A stretch of 48,513 nucleotides of DNA, from NCBI GenBank assembly GCA_037133175.1, contig JBAXOQ010000001.1, positions 1 through 48,513 on the forward strand, given 5' to 3'. Position 1 is the first letter of the stretch; each line of letters starts with the position of its first letter. Both the position numbers and the translations under genes were made by a program. Of the stretch, positions 9,175-24,745 are shown piece after piece. The notes below the pieces were generated by a model, which did not search any database, had not been told where the DNA came from, and saw only the letters and a program-made list of their open reading frames with translations. This DNA comes from Actinomycetes bacterium (GTDB lineage: Bacteria; Actinomycetota; Actinomycetes; S36-B12; UBA10799).

Positions 9175-9202
9175 GCCTTCTTGGCGTCGCCTTCTTGGTG
9201 TC
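9175..9202 (+). repeat. 14-nt tandem duplication (GCCTTCTTGGYGTC x2)
   Basis: Units at 9175-9188 and 9189-9202 with one mismatch. Lies just downstream of rplA. Confidence 0.75.
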
Positions 9203-9229
9203 GCACCGACAGGCCGGAAACCCATCCCC

Positions 9230-9300
9230 GTCTTAGCACCCGAAAAGCCGCCCAAACCGCCCGGAAACGGCCGGGAAGGCGGCTTTTCGGGTGCTAAGAC
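9230..9300. repeat. Palindromic intergenic element, family 2, copy 1
   Basis: Perfect 23-nt arms: GTCTTAGCACCCGAAAAGCCGCC at 9230-9252 and its reverse complement at 9278-9300. 25-nt loop. Shares the 20-nt arm core CTTAGCACCCGAAAAGCCGC with 44674-44744. Confidence 0.85.
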
Positions 9301-9462
9301 GATGAACCTCGGGGCTGGGTGGGGATGGCAACCGGTGGCGGGGTAAGGTTGGCCCACCGAAGACCGCTGGTCCTGCTTCTGGCACGCCACAAGCAGCGAA
9401 GTTCCGCGACGAAGCCAGCGCAGGTGAGCCAGGGCCGCAGCGTCAAGCTGCGCGTACATCAG

Positions 9463-9500
9463 CCCGGAGCGCATCTGCGCCCCGGGTTTCTTGTTGTTCT
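9463..9500 (+). terminator. Intrinsic-terminator-like hairpin plus T-rich tract in the rplJ upstream region (possible attenuator)
   Basis: CCCGGaGCGC-atct-GCGCcCCGGG (9 GC pairs, 1 mismatch) followed by TTTCTTGTTGTTCT (9487-9500). Ends 63 nt upstream of the rplJ ATG. Confidence 0.5.
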
Positions 9501-9562
9501 GAGTCGGTTCAGTCAGTTCCGTGAAGTTCGCAGTCTGCGAGAAACTCGCAGTAAGGAGAAAC

Positions 9563-10177
9563 ATGGCCTCGTCAGACAAGGTCACCGCGGTTGCAGAGAT
9601 CGCTGAGAAGTTCCGCAGTTCGTCGGCGACCGTGCTCACCGAGTATCGCGGCCTGAGCGTGGCCCAGCTCAAGGAGTTGCGCCGTTCGCTGGGGGAAGGC
9701 AGCACTTACGCGGTCGTCAAGAACACGCTAGCGAAGATCGCCGCCAAGCAAGCTGGCGTCGAGGGTTTCGACGATCTCCTCGTCGGTCCGAGCGCCTTCA
9801 CGTTCGTCGAGGGCGATGTCGTCGCTGCAGCCAAGGGCCTCAAAGAGTTCGCCAAGGCCAATCCTGCCCTGGTCATCAAGGGCGGCTACATGGATGGCAA
9901 ACCCCTCACGGTCGCCGAGATCTCCAAGCTGGCCGATCTGGAATCCCGTGAGGTCCTGCTCGCCAAGCTGGCCGGAGCAATGAGTGGTTCTTTGCAGCAG
10001 GCGGTCAGCCTGTTCGCCGCTCCGCTATCCAAGACCGCCCGAACCGTGGATGCCTTGCGCGCCAAGGTCGAGGCAGAGGGTCCCGCCGTGGCTGTGTCCG
10101 CCGAGCAGTCCGCACCGGCGGAAGAGGCACCAGCGGATGTAACACCGCCCGAAGAAACCGAGGGTGGCGAAGCCTAG
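9563..10177 (+). CDS. rplJ: 50S ribosomal protein L10
   Basis: ATG 9563 preceded by AAGGAG (9553-9558). [40 protein letters not shown]. Has an Ala/Glu/Pro-rich C-terminal tail. Confidence 0.92.
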   Translation: MASSDKVTAVAEIAEKFRSSSATVLTEYRGLSVAQLKELRRSLGEGSTYAVVKNTLAKIAAKQAGVEGFDDLLVGPSAFTFVEGDVVAAAKGLKEFAKANPALVIKGGYMDGKPLTVAEISKLADLESREVLLAKLAGAMSGSLQQAVSLFAAPLSKTARTVDALRAKVEAEGPAVAVSAEQSAPAEEAPADVTPPEETEGGEA

Positions 10178-10357
10178 GACAGACCAACGTCCGACGTATC
10201 GCCGAACTAGCCTTGACGACTCAGCACAACCGATCGTCGAATGCACCCGATCAACCAACGCAACAACTCACGCCGCATGACCGAATAGCCGCACTATCCA
10301 ACCCACAGTCTTCCGGGGCACTCCTGCTTCGGATAGCCGTACGAAAGGACCGCCGAC

Positions 10358-10744
10358 ATGGCGAAGCTCTCAACCGACGAACTGCTCGACGCATTCAAGG
10401 AAATGACCTTGCTTGAGCTGTCTGAGTTCGTCAAGCAATTCGAAGAAACCTTCGGCGTTACCGCAGCCGCACCGGTTGCCGTGGCTGCCGCTGCTGCCGG
10501 CGGAGGCGCACCTGCCGAGGCCGTGGAAGAGCAGGATGAGTTCGACGTGATCCTGCAGGACATTGGCGCCAAGAAGATCCAGGTCATCAAGGAGGTCCGT
10601 TCGCTGACCAGCCTGGGACTCGGCGAGGCAAAGGCTCTGGTCGAGAGCGCGCCCAAGGAGATCCTGGAGAAGGTCAACAAGGAGACCGCGACCAAGGCCA
10701 AGGAAGCCCTCGAGGCAGCTGGCGCCACCGTCGTCGTCAAGTAG
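10358..10744 (+). CDS. rplL: 50S ribosomal protein L7/L12
   Basis: 128 aa, [26 protein letters not shown]..., Ala-rich hinge, C-terminal [17 protein letters not shown]. Confidence 0.95.
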   Translation: MAKLSTDELLDAFKEMTLLELSEFVKQFEETFGVTAAAPVAVAAAAAGGGAPAEAVEEQDEFDVILQDIGAKKIQVIKEVRSLTSLGLGEAKALVESAPKEILEKVNKETATKAKEALEAAGATVVVK

Positions 10745-10788
10745 CACCCTCCCGCACGAAACGTCGGGGTAACCCAGCGTGCACCAGT

Positions 10789-10849
10789 GTTGAGTGGGGA
10801 GTTGTCGTCGTTTTCGATCAAGGAAACCGACGACAACTCCCCACTCAAC
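10789..10849 (+). repeat. Palindromic intergenic element, family 1, divergent copy A (terminator-like, after rplL)
   Basis: Perfect 22-nt arms: GTTGAGTGGGGAGTTGTCGTCG at 10789-10810 and its reverse complement at 10828-10849. Loop TTTTCGATCAAGGAAAC shares TTTTCGATCA with copy C; copy B has only TTCGATCA. Confidence 0.85.
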
Positions 10850-10936
10850 GTTATTTGCGGGGTCAGCGGAGCCAGCGGGGTCAAACGGGGTGGCTGTGAA
10901 GTCAGTCACAGGTGAGGCTTACCTTGGGTAAGGCCC

Positions 10937-10965
10937 TTGGCAAATCCAGGGTGCTGACGTACAGT
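10937..10965 (+). promoter_or_regulatory. Candidate sigma-70-type promoter for rpoBC
   Basis: TTGGCA (10937-10942), 17-nt spacer, TACAGT (10960-10965). About 140 nt upstream of the rpoB start. Confidence 0.4.
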
Positions 10966-11103
10966 TGCGTTTTGCGGTGCTGCGCGTTCTGCTGCTCAAA
11001 AACAGATGACCTTGTTCATGACCCGGCGACCCTCTAGAGACTCGTCCATCTAGATGCGTCGCAGATAGGCATGAAGTCCGGGGGGACCGAAACTTGACAC
11101 AGG

Positions 11104-14625
<3,522 letters not shown>

Positions 14626-14635
14626 GCGCCCCATG

Positions 14636-14733
14636 AAGTTCCTCGCTTCGCTCGGATACTTCACGGGGACCCCGACCCGTGGCTACCACCCCACAAAGTT
14701 CCTCGCTTCGCTCGGATACTTCGCGGGGACCCC
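14636..14733 (+). repeat. 38-nt unit duplicated at 60-nt spacing in the rpoB-rpoC spacer
   Basis: AAGTTCCTCGCTTCGCTCGGATACTTC[A/G]CGGGGACCCC at 14636-14673 and 14696-14733, with a single mismatch. Each unit can form the stem GAAGTTCC/GGA-t-ACTTC. Confidence 0.85.
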
Positions 14734-14769
14734 AGCTTCAGACCGTAATCTGCTTGGAGGCACCCGCTG

Positions 14770-17700
14770 ATGCTTGATGTGAATTTCTTCGATGAACTCC
14801 GTATCGGCTTGGCGACCGCGGACGACATTCGTGCCTGGTCGCATGGCGAGGTCAAGAAGCCAGAGACGATCAACTACCGCACGCTCAAGCCAGAGAAGGA
14901 CGGCCTGTTCTGCGAGAAAATCTTCGGTCCCACCCGGGACTGGGAGTGCTACTGCGGCAAGTACAAGAGGGTCCGTTTCAAGGGGATCATTTGTGAGCGC
15001 TGCGGTGTCGAGGTCACCCGTGCCAAGGTGCGCCGCGAGCGGATGGGCCACGTTGAGCTTGCCGCGCCGGTCACCCACATCTGGTACTTCAAGGGTGTAC
15101 CGAGTCGGCTGGGCTACTTGCTCGACCTAGCGCCGAAGGACCTGGAGAAGGTCATCTACTTCGCCGCCTACATGATCACCGAGGTGAACGAGGAAGAGCG
15201 TCACCGCGACCTTCCGAGCCTGGAAGCCAAGATCGAGGTCGAGAAGCAGACCATCGCCAATCGACGCGACGAGGACATCAACCGGCGCCAGGCCAAGCTC
15301 GAAGAGGACCTCGCGGCGCTCGAAGCCGCTGGGGCCAAGAGCGACCAGCGTCGCAAGGTCCGCGAGGCCGGAGAGCGCGAGATGGCGGGTATCCGTCGTC
15401 GGGCTGACACCCAGATCAAGGATCTCGGCGATGTGTTCGACCGGTTCCGGACGCTGAAGGTCCAGGATCTGGAAGGCAACGAGACGCTGTACCGCGAGAT
15501 GCGCGACCGCTTCGGCCGTTACTTCTCCGGGGGCATGGGAGCCGCTGCGATCAAGCATCGGCTGGAGACCTTCGATTTGGCGGCCGAATCCGAGACGCTG
15601 CGCGAGATCATCGCGACCGGCAAGGGACAGAAGAAGACCCGCGCGCTCAAGCGGCTGAAGGTCGTCAATGCGTTCCTGTCGACCACCAACTCTCCGATGG
15701 GGATGGTGCTGGACTGCGTGCCGATCATCCCACCGGATCTGCGGCCGATGGTCCAGCTCGACGGTGGCCGATTCGCCACCTCGGACCTGAACGACCTGTA
15801 TCGGCGCGTCATCAACCGGAACAACCGGCTCAAGCGCCTGCTCGACCTCGGGGCACCCGAGATCATCGTCAATAACGAGAAGCGGATGCTGCAGGAGTCC
15901 GTCGACGCGCTGTTCGACAACGGCCGTCGCGGGCGTCCGGTCACCGGTCCGGGCAACCGACCGCTGAAGTCGCTGTCGGACATGCTCAAGGGCAAGCAGG
16001 GTCGGTTCCGTCAGAACCTGCTCGGCAAGCGGGTGGACTACTCCGGCCGATCCGTGATCGTCGTCGGGCCGCAGCTCAAGCTCCACCAGTGCGGTCTGCC
16101 CAAGCAGATGGCGCTGGAGCTGTTCAAGCCGTTCGTCATGAAGCGCTTGGTGGACCTGAACCATGCGCAGAACATCAAGAGCGCCAAGCGCATGGTGGAA
16201 CGTTCGCGTCCGGTCGTGTGGGACGTACTCGAAGAGGTCATCGCCGAACACCCGGTGATGCTCAACCGGGCACCCACCCTGCACCGCCTCGGCATCCAGG
16301 CGTTCGAGCCGCAGCTCATCGAAGGCAAGGCCATCCAGATCCACCCGTTGGTCTGTACCGCGTTCAACGCGGACTTCGACGGCGACCAGATGGCTGTGCA
16401 CCTGCCGCTGTCTGCAGAGGCACAGGCCGAAGCGCGCATCCTGATGCTGTCGGCGAACAACATCCTGTCCCCGGCGAACGGTCGTCCGATCACCACGCCG
16501 ACCCAGGACATGGTGCTGGGCATCTACTTCCTGACCGGCCACGAAGAAGGCGGTCTGGGGGAGGGACGTGCCTTCACCTCGATCGCCGAGGCGATGATGG
16601 CGTTCGACGCCCATCAACTGTCGCTGCGGTCCAAGGTCAAGATCCGCCTCGACGGCACGTCCACGCCGCCAGCCGGGTACCCGATTCGCGAGGGTTGGGA
16701 GCTGGGCCAGCCGTTCATCCTGGAAACCACCCTCGGCCGGGCGTTGTTCAACGGCGCCATGCCGGCTGGATACCCGTTCGAAGACCGGGTAGTGGACAAG
16801 AAGGTGCTCGGCTCGATCGTCAACAACCTGGCCGACGGTCAGCCCAAGGTTCAGGTAGCTGCCACGCTCGACGCCCTCAAGGAGCTCGGCTTCTACTGGG
16901 CTTCCCGCTCGGGGGTCACCATCTCGATCTCCGACGTGGTCACGCCCGCTGCCAAGCCGGCGCTGATCAAGGAGGCCGAAGCCCGCGACGAAAAGGTGCA
17001 GAGCCAGTTCGAACGTGGTCTGATCACCGAGCACGAACGTCGTCAGGAACTCATCGAGATCTGGACTCAGACGACGGACAAGGTCTCGGCGGCGATGTTC
17101 GAGAACTTCCCCAAGACCAACCCGGTGTTCATGATGGTCGACTCCGGTGCCCGCGGAAACATGATGCAGGTCAAGCAGATCGCCGGCATGCGCGGTCTGG
17201 TGACCAACCCCAAGGGTGAAATCATCCCTCGGCCCATCAAGTCGAACTTCCGTGAAGGTCTATCCGTGCTGGAGTACTTCATCTCCACCCACGGTGCTCG
17301 TAAGGGTCTGGCGGACACCGCGCTGCGGACCGCCGACTCGGGCTACCTGACCCGCCGGTTGGTCGATGTCTCGCAAGACGTCATCGTCCGCGAGGAGGAC
17401 TGCGGTACCGAGCGAGGCCTGCCGGCCGAGATCGGTGTGAGGGGCGAAGACGGTGCCCTGCGGGTCGTCGACAACGTGGACACGTCAGCGGCGTCCAGGG
17501 TGCTCGCCGACGATATCGTCGTCGATGGTGTGACGCTGGCGTCGCGCGGTGATGAACTCTCCATCGCGTTGATCGAGTCGCTCGTGGCCGCCGGTGTTCA
17601 GAGCGTCAAGGCGCGGTCGGTGCTGGTCTGCGAGAGCAAGGTCGGTGCCTGCTCCACGTGCTACGGACGGTCGCTGGCGACCGGAAGCCTGGTCGATGTC

Positions 17701-18654
17701 GGGGAAGCGATCGGCATCGTTGCCGCTCAGTCCATCGGCGAGCCGGGCACCCAGCTGACCATGCGTACGTTCCATACCGGCGGCGTCGCAGGTGATGACA
17801 TCACCCAGGGTCTGCCCCGTATTGTCGAACTCTTCGAGGCACGCACCCCGAAAGGCGTGGCGCCGATCACCGAGGTGGCCGGCACTATCCGGATCGACGA
17901 CGCGGACAAGCTCCGCAAGATTGTCGTCGTGCCGGATGATGGCAGTGAGGAGATCGGCTACCCGGTCTCCAAGCGTGTTCGGCTGCTCGTCGAGCCGGGT
18001 GCTCATGTGAAGGTCGGCGAACAGCTGACGGTCGGGGCCGTGGATCCCAAGCAGGTTCTGCGGATCCTTGGGCCGCGTGCGGTTCAGCTGCACCTGGTCG
18101 ATCAGGTGCAGCAGGTCTACCGGTCGCAGGGTGTCTCGATCCACGACAAGCACATCGAGGTGATCGTTCGTCAGATGCTCAAGCGGATCACCATCATCGA
18201 GTCCGGTGATTCGGACTTCCTGACCGGATCGCTGGTCGAGCAGGCCTCGTTCCAGGCCCGTAACCGGATCATCCTGAAGGAAGGCCGCCAGCCGGCATCT
18301 GGTCGTCCCGAGCTGATGGGGATCACCAAGGCGTCGCTGGCGACCGAGTCGTGGCTGTCTGCGGCATCGTTCCAGGAGACGACCCGGGTGCTGACCGATG
18401 CCGCGATCCATGCCAAGAGCGATCCGTTGCTCGGACTCAAGGAGAACGTGATCATCGGCAAGCTGATCCCGGCAGGCACCGGGCTGAGCCGCTACCGGAA
18501 CGTCAAGGTCGAGCCGACCGAGGAAGCCAAGCAGGCCATGTACGCGCAACTGACGGCGTACGACGACATGGACTACGGCTCCTTCGGAGCGCCGACCGCG
18601 CCGCCGGTCAGGCTTGAAGAGTACGACTACGGTTCCTCCGACTACCGCGGCTAA
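14770..18654 (+). CDS. rpoC: DNA-directed RNA polymerase subunit beta'
   Basis: 1294 aa. [21 protein letters not shown] start and catalytic NADFDGDQM. Confidence 0.96.
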   Translation: MLDVNFFDELRIGLATADDIRAWSHGEVKKPETINYRTLKPEKDGLFCEKIFGPTRDWECYCGKYKRVRFKGIICERCGVEVTRAKVRRERMGHVELAAPVTHIWYFKGVPSRLGYLLDLAPKDLEKVIYFAAYMITEVNEEERHRDLPSLEAKIEVEKQTIANRRDEDINRRQAKLEEDLAALEAAGAKSDQRRKVREAGEREMAGIRRRADTQIKDLGDVFDRFRTLKVQDLEGNETLYREMRDRFGRYFSGGMGAAAIKHRLETFDLAAESETLREIIATGKGQKKTRALKRLKVVNAFLSTTNSPMGMVLDCVPIIPPDLRPMVQLDGGRFATSDLNDLYRRVINRNNRLKRLLDLGAPEIIVNNEKRMLQESVDALFDNGRRGRPVTGPGNRPLKSLSDMLKGKQGRFRQNLLGKRVDYSGRSVIVVGPQLKLHQCGLPKQMALELFKPFVMKRLVDLNHAQNIKSAKRMVERSRPVVWDVLEEVIAEHPVMLNRAPTLHRLGIQAFEPQLIEGKAIQIHPLVCTAFNADFDGDQMAVHLPLSAEAQAEARILMLSANNILSPANGRPITTPTQDMVLGIYFLTGHEEGGLGEGRAFTSIAEAMMAFDAHQLSLRSKVKIRLDGTSTPPAGYPIREGWELGQPFILETTLGRALFNGAMPAGYPFEDRVVDKKVLGSIVNNLADGQPKVQVAATLDALKELGFYWASRSGVTISISDVVTPAAKPALIKEAEARDEKVQSQFERGLITEHERRQELIEIWTQTTDKVSAAMFENFPKTNPVFMMVDSGARGNMMQVKQIAGMRGLVTNPKGEIIPRPIKSNFREGLSVLEYFISTHGARKGLADTALRTADSGYLTRRLVDVSQDVIVREEDCGTERGLPAEIGVRGEDGALRVVDNVDTSAASRVLADDIVVDGVTLASRGDELSIALIESLVAAGVQSVKARSVLVCESKVGACSTCYGRSLATGSLVDVGEAIGIVAAQSIGEPGTQLTMRTFHTGGVAGDDITQGLPRIVELFEARTPKGVAPITEVAGTIRIDDADKLRKIVVVPDDGSEEIGYPVSKRVRLLVEPGAHVKVGEQLTVGAVDPKQVLRILGPRAVQLHLVDQVQQVYRSQGVSIHDKHIEVIVRQMLKRITIIESGDSDFLTGSLVEQASFQARNRIILKEGRQPASGRPELMGITKASLATESWLSAASFQETTRVLTDAAIHAKSDPLLGLKENVIIGKLIPAGTGLSRYRNVKVEPTEEAKQAMYAQLTAYDDMDYGSFGAPTAPPVRLEEYDYGSSDYRG

Positions 18655-18660
18655 CACCCG

Positions 18661-18741
18661 CGTCCGAAGGCCCCGGCAGATCTGCCGGGGCCTTCGGACG
18701 TCGGTGGTTTGTTGTTCGTCGGTGGTTTGTTGTTCGTCGGT
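18661..18741 (+). terminator. rpoBC terminator: 40-nt perfect palindrome followed by a T-rich 18-nt tandem repeat
   Basis: CGTCCGAAGGCCCCGGCAGA|TCTGCCGGGGCCTTCGGACG at 18661-18700. Then TCGGTGGTTTGTTGTTCG twice (18701-18736) plus a partial copy. Confidence 0.75.
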
Positions 18742-18899
18742 CATTTGAGGTCCGGGGAGGGCCACCTCCCACCGGCTGAACACAATCCACCAGCCAACGG
18801 GAGCGTGATACGGCCTAAGATGGCTGGATCGACTCTGTCGCGGGTGTGTCAGGTTTGTGGCATGCTCATCGGAACCGCGGCGCACATCGGAGGTCCATC

Positions 18900-19643
18900 G
18901 TGTCGGAACAGCAGCCACCGCCCGATTCCCAGCCGCCCGCGAGTTCGTCGACTCCACAAGACCAGCCTCCGGCCGTCGTTGTTCCTCCGACAGCGCCACC
19001 CCGACCGCAGCCACCCCAATCTGCGCCGGATTGGGCCCAACAGCCGACAGCCGTCTATGGAGCCCAGCAGCCGACTACGGCATACGGGGCTCAGCAGCCC
19101 ACCGCCGCCTACGGAGTGCCGCCGACCGCGCCGTACGGGGCCCAGCCCCCGACTGCGCCGTACGGTGCCCAGCCCCCGACTGCGCCGTACGGTGCGCCTC
19201 CCACCGCCCCCTACGTTCCACCGGCCGCGATCGTGCCCGTCCCCACCACCTACGGGCAGGGCTACGCCAGCGGTTACCGGGGCTATTCGGGGGGCTATGT
19301 CCCGCCCAGGATGCCCGAAACGAACAGCAACGCGATCATCGCGTTCGTGCTCTCGTTGGTCGGGGCGTTCATGTGCCCGATCGTCCCCTCGATTATCGCG
19401 CTGGTTCTTGCGGGCAAGGCCAAGAAGGCCATCGATGCCAGTGGCGGGTGGCAGATCGGCGCCGGGTTCGTCACCGCGGCCAGGATCATCTCGTGGGTGT
19501 TCATCGTCGTGTGGGGGCTGTTCGTGCTGGCCTACGCCGCCTTCTTCCTGCTGTTTCTGATTCTGGCCGCCACCACGCCGTCCAGTGGCTCGACCAGTCA
19601 CCTCAACGAACTCAGCGGTCTTGTACTGCCCTGGCTAGGCTGA
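18900..19643 (+). CDS. Pro/Gln/Tyr-rich membrane protein with a DUF4190-like C-terminal two-TM domain
   Basis: GTG 18900 with GGAGG 7 nt upstream. N-terminal repeats (PPTAPYGAQ). C-terminal NSNAIIAFVLSLVGAFMCPIVPSIIALVLAGKAKKAI...GAGFVTAARIISWVFIVVWGLFVL. The other two long ORFs in this stretch are alternative frames. Confidence 0.7.
   Translation: MSEQQPPPDSQPPASSSTPQDQPPAVVVPPTAPPRPQPPQSAPDWAQQPTAVYGAQQPTTAYGAQQPTAAYGVPPTAPYGAQPPTAPYGAQPPTAPYGAPPTAPYVPPAAIVPVPTTYGQGYASGYRGYSGGYVPPRMPETNSNAIIAFVLSLVGAFMCPIVPSIIALVLAGKAKKAIDASGGWQIGAGFVTAARIISWVFIVVWGLFVLAYAAFFLLFLILAATTPSSGSTSHLNELSGLVLPWLG
19141..19194 (+). repeat. Perfect 27-nt tandem duplication inside the DUF4190-like CDS
   Basis: CCCAGCCCCCGACTGCGCCGTACGGTG at 19141-19167 and 19168-19194. 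Degenerate copies lie upstream. Encodes a 9-aa repeat. Confidence 0.85.
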
Positions 19644-19725
19644 TCGCCGACTTCGCTGGTAGGAATTCGGTGACTGCCAGACAGCCACTGGCAGTGAGTG
19701 ATACGCCATATTTGGGGTACCGCCT

Positions 19726-19755
19726 TTGACGTGAGTAAGGGCTGTGGAGTAACCT
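19726..19755 (+). promoter_or_regulatory. Candidate promoter for the rpsL operon (weak call)
   Basis: TTGACG (19726-19731), 18-nt spacer, TAACCT (19750-19755). Would give a ~340-nt leader. Confidence 0.25.
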
Positions 19756-20104
19756 AAACATTCGTGCCTGGGACCACCCCAGGTTCCCGCTCTCGGCAGA
19801 GAGCGACCACCAGACGGCAGTTGCTCGGATACGTCCAAGGCGACTGTGCTGAAGCACCACCACTGGCTCATTGGCCGGAGGTAGGGGTAGCAGGTGGTCG
19901 GCCAAGTGGCGGATTCGGCACCCAAGTCGGATGGCCGTATTTCGGCCGGGGGCATTTTCCTGCCCGCGGGCGCGACACGCCGTCCGCGTGGGTCGGAGCC
20001 GGCAGGGGTGGAACGAAGCACAGAACGACGGCACGACATGAAGGAACCGCACTAAGACAGGCAAGACCCCAGACAACTGACAGCCCAGCATGTACGGAGA
20101 ATCG

Positions 20105-20479
<375 letters not shown>

Positions 20480-20485
20480 CAGCGC

Positions 20486-20956
20486 ATGCCTCGTAAAGGC
20501 CCCGCCCCCAAGCGGCCAATCATCGTCGACCCGGTCTACTCATCGCCACTGGTCTCCCTGCTGGTGAACAAAGTGCTGCTCGACGGCAAGAAGTCCACAG
20601 CTGAGGCCATCGTTTATGGCGCTTTGGAAGGCTGCCGTGAGAAGACCGGCACCGATCCAGTACTGACGCTCAAGCGTGCGCTGGACAACGTCAAGCCGAC
20701 GCTGGAGGTCAAGAGCCGTCGCGTTGGAGGCGCCACCTACCAGGTGCCGATTGAGGTCAAGCCGCTGCGAGCCAACACGTTGGCACTGCGCTGGCTGATC
20801 AACTACTCGCGGGCCCGCCGTGAGAAGACCATGACCGACCGCTTGATGAACGAGATCCTCGATGCCAGCAACGGCCTCGGTGCCTCGGTCAAGAAGCGTG
20901 AAGACACCCACAAGATGGCCGAGTCCAACAAGGCCTTCGCGCACTACCGCTGGTAG
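20486..20956 (+). CDS. rpsG: 30S ribosomal protein S7
   Basis: 156 aa, [18 protein letters not shown]... Confidence 0.95.
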   Translation: MPRKGPAPKRPIIVDPVYSSPLVSLLVNKVLLDGKKSTAEAIVYGALEGCREKTGTDPVLTLKRALDNVKPTLEVKSRRVGGATYQVPIEVKPLRANTLALRWLINYSRARREKTMTDRLMNEILDASNGLGASVKKREDTHKMAESNKAFAHYRW

Positions 20957-21027
20957 CACTCGGGACACCAGCACCACCCAACAACTTTCTGTCCATTTCA
21001 GTTCGTCAGACGCAGGAGAACACATTC

Positions 21028-23151
<2,124 letters not shown>

Positions 23152-23319
23152 CACACACCCAACGGTGAGTCAGCTCACCGTGCACTGACCGCACGACCAG
23201 GCAAGACACCCGAACCAGCACAACACGAAAACCAGCCAAAGAATCATACGGACACCGGCTCGCCGCTTCAGGAAGTGGCGGGGCAGCACCGGCAGAGACA
23301 ACAGTTAGAGGAGGCCCCC

Positions 23320-24513
<1,194 letters not shown>

Positions 24514-24518
24514 TTAGG

Positions 24519-24538
24519 GCGACGACTGGACTCGTCGC
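24519..24538 (+). terminator. Short hairpin just after the tuf stop (weak terminator candidate)
   Basis: GCGACGA-ctggac-TCGTCGC, 5 nt after the TAA. No T-tract. Confidence 0.3.
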
Positions 24539-24745
24539 TGCCAGCGTTCTCGGATCGCTTGCCTGCTAGCGCAGGCGGCGCGTCCTGCGGCCTTGGCAGC
24601 GACGGCCCAGCCGCCGCTGAATGGTTCAAAGATGAAAGACGAAAGACCAAGATTTTTCATGTTTGGGCTGGGCTAGCTGAGTAAGCCAGCAAGAACAGTA
24701 AGACTCCGAAGACGTGCACGAACACAGAGTGAGGGAAGAGCGGTC

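Noticed and set aside
14636-14733. The possibility that the rpoB-rpoC direct repeats, or the other tandem repeats, form a miniature CRISPR array, or that GAAGTTCC marks an FRT-like recombinase site.
   Set aside because: There are only two copies, no regular repeat-spacer architecture, no cas genes and no recombinase nearby. The FRT resemblance is limited to 8 nt.
15127-17034. 635-aa ORF on the minus strand, plus the similar long antisense ORFs at 12409-13368, 13609-14220, 17485-19014, 21817-23058, 23305-24288, 26712-27599, 28073-28981, 32936-33874, 38993-39847, 43470-44777 and 46932-47801.
   Set aside because: All lie antisense to unmistakable conserved genes (rpoB, rpoC, fusA, tuf, r-proteins, glmS). 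Their products are Arg/Gly/Pro/Asp-rich with no recognisable motifs. This is the usual stop-codon-poor antisense frame of high-GC DNA.
18709-19729. Two alternative + strand ORFs (18709-19560 and 18857-19729) overlapping the DUF4190-like gene.
   Set aside because: Only the 18846/18900 frame yields hydrophobic helices, a plausible repeat domain and an SD-preceded start. The other two frames are Arg/Pro-rich artefacts.
24626-24670. AT-rich patch in the tuf-rpsJ spacer (AAAGATGAAAGACGAAAGACCAAGATTTTTCATG), considered as a small RNA or a promoter UP element.
   Set aside because: I found only a weak 6-bp ATGAAA/TTTCAT pairing and no convincing -35/-10 hexamers. I cannot support more than a compositional oddity.
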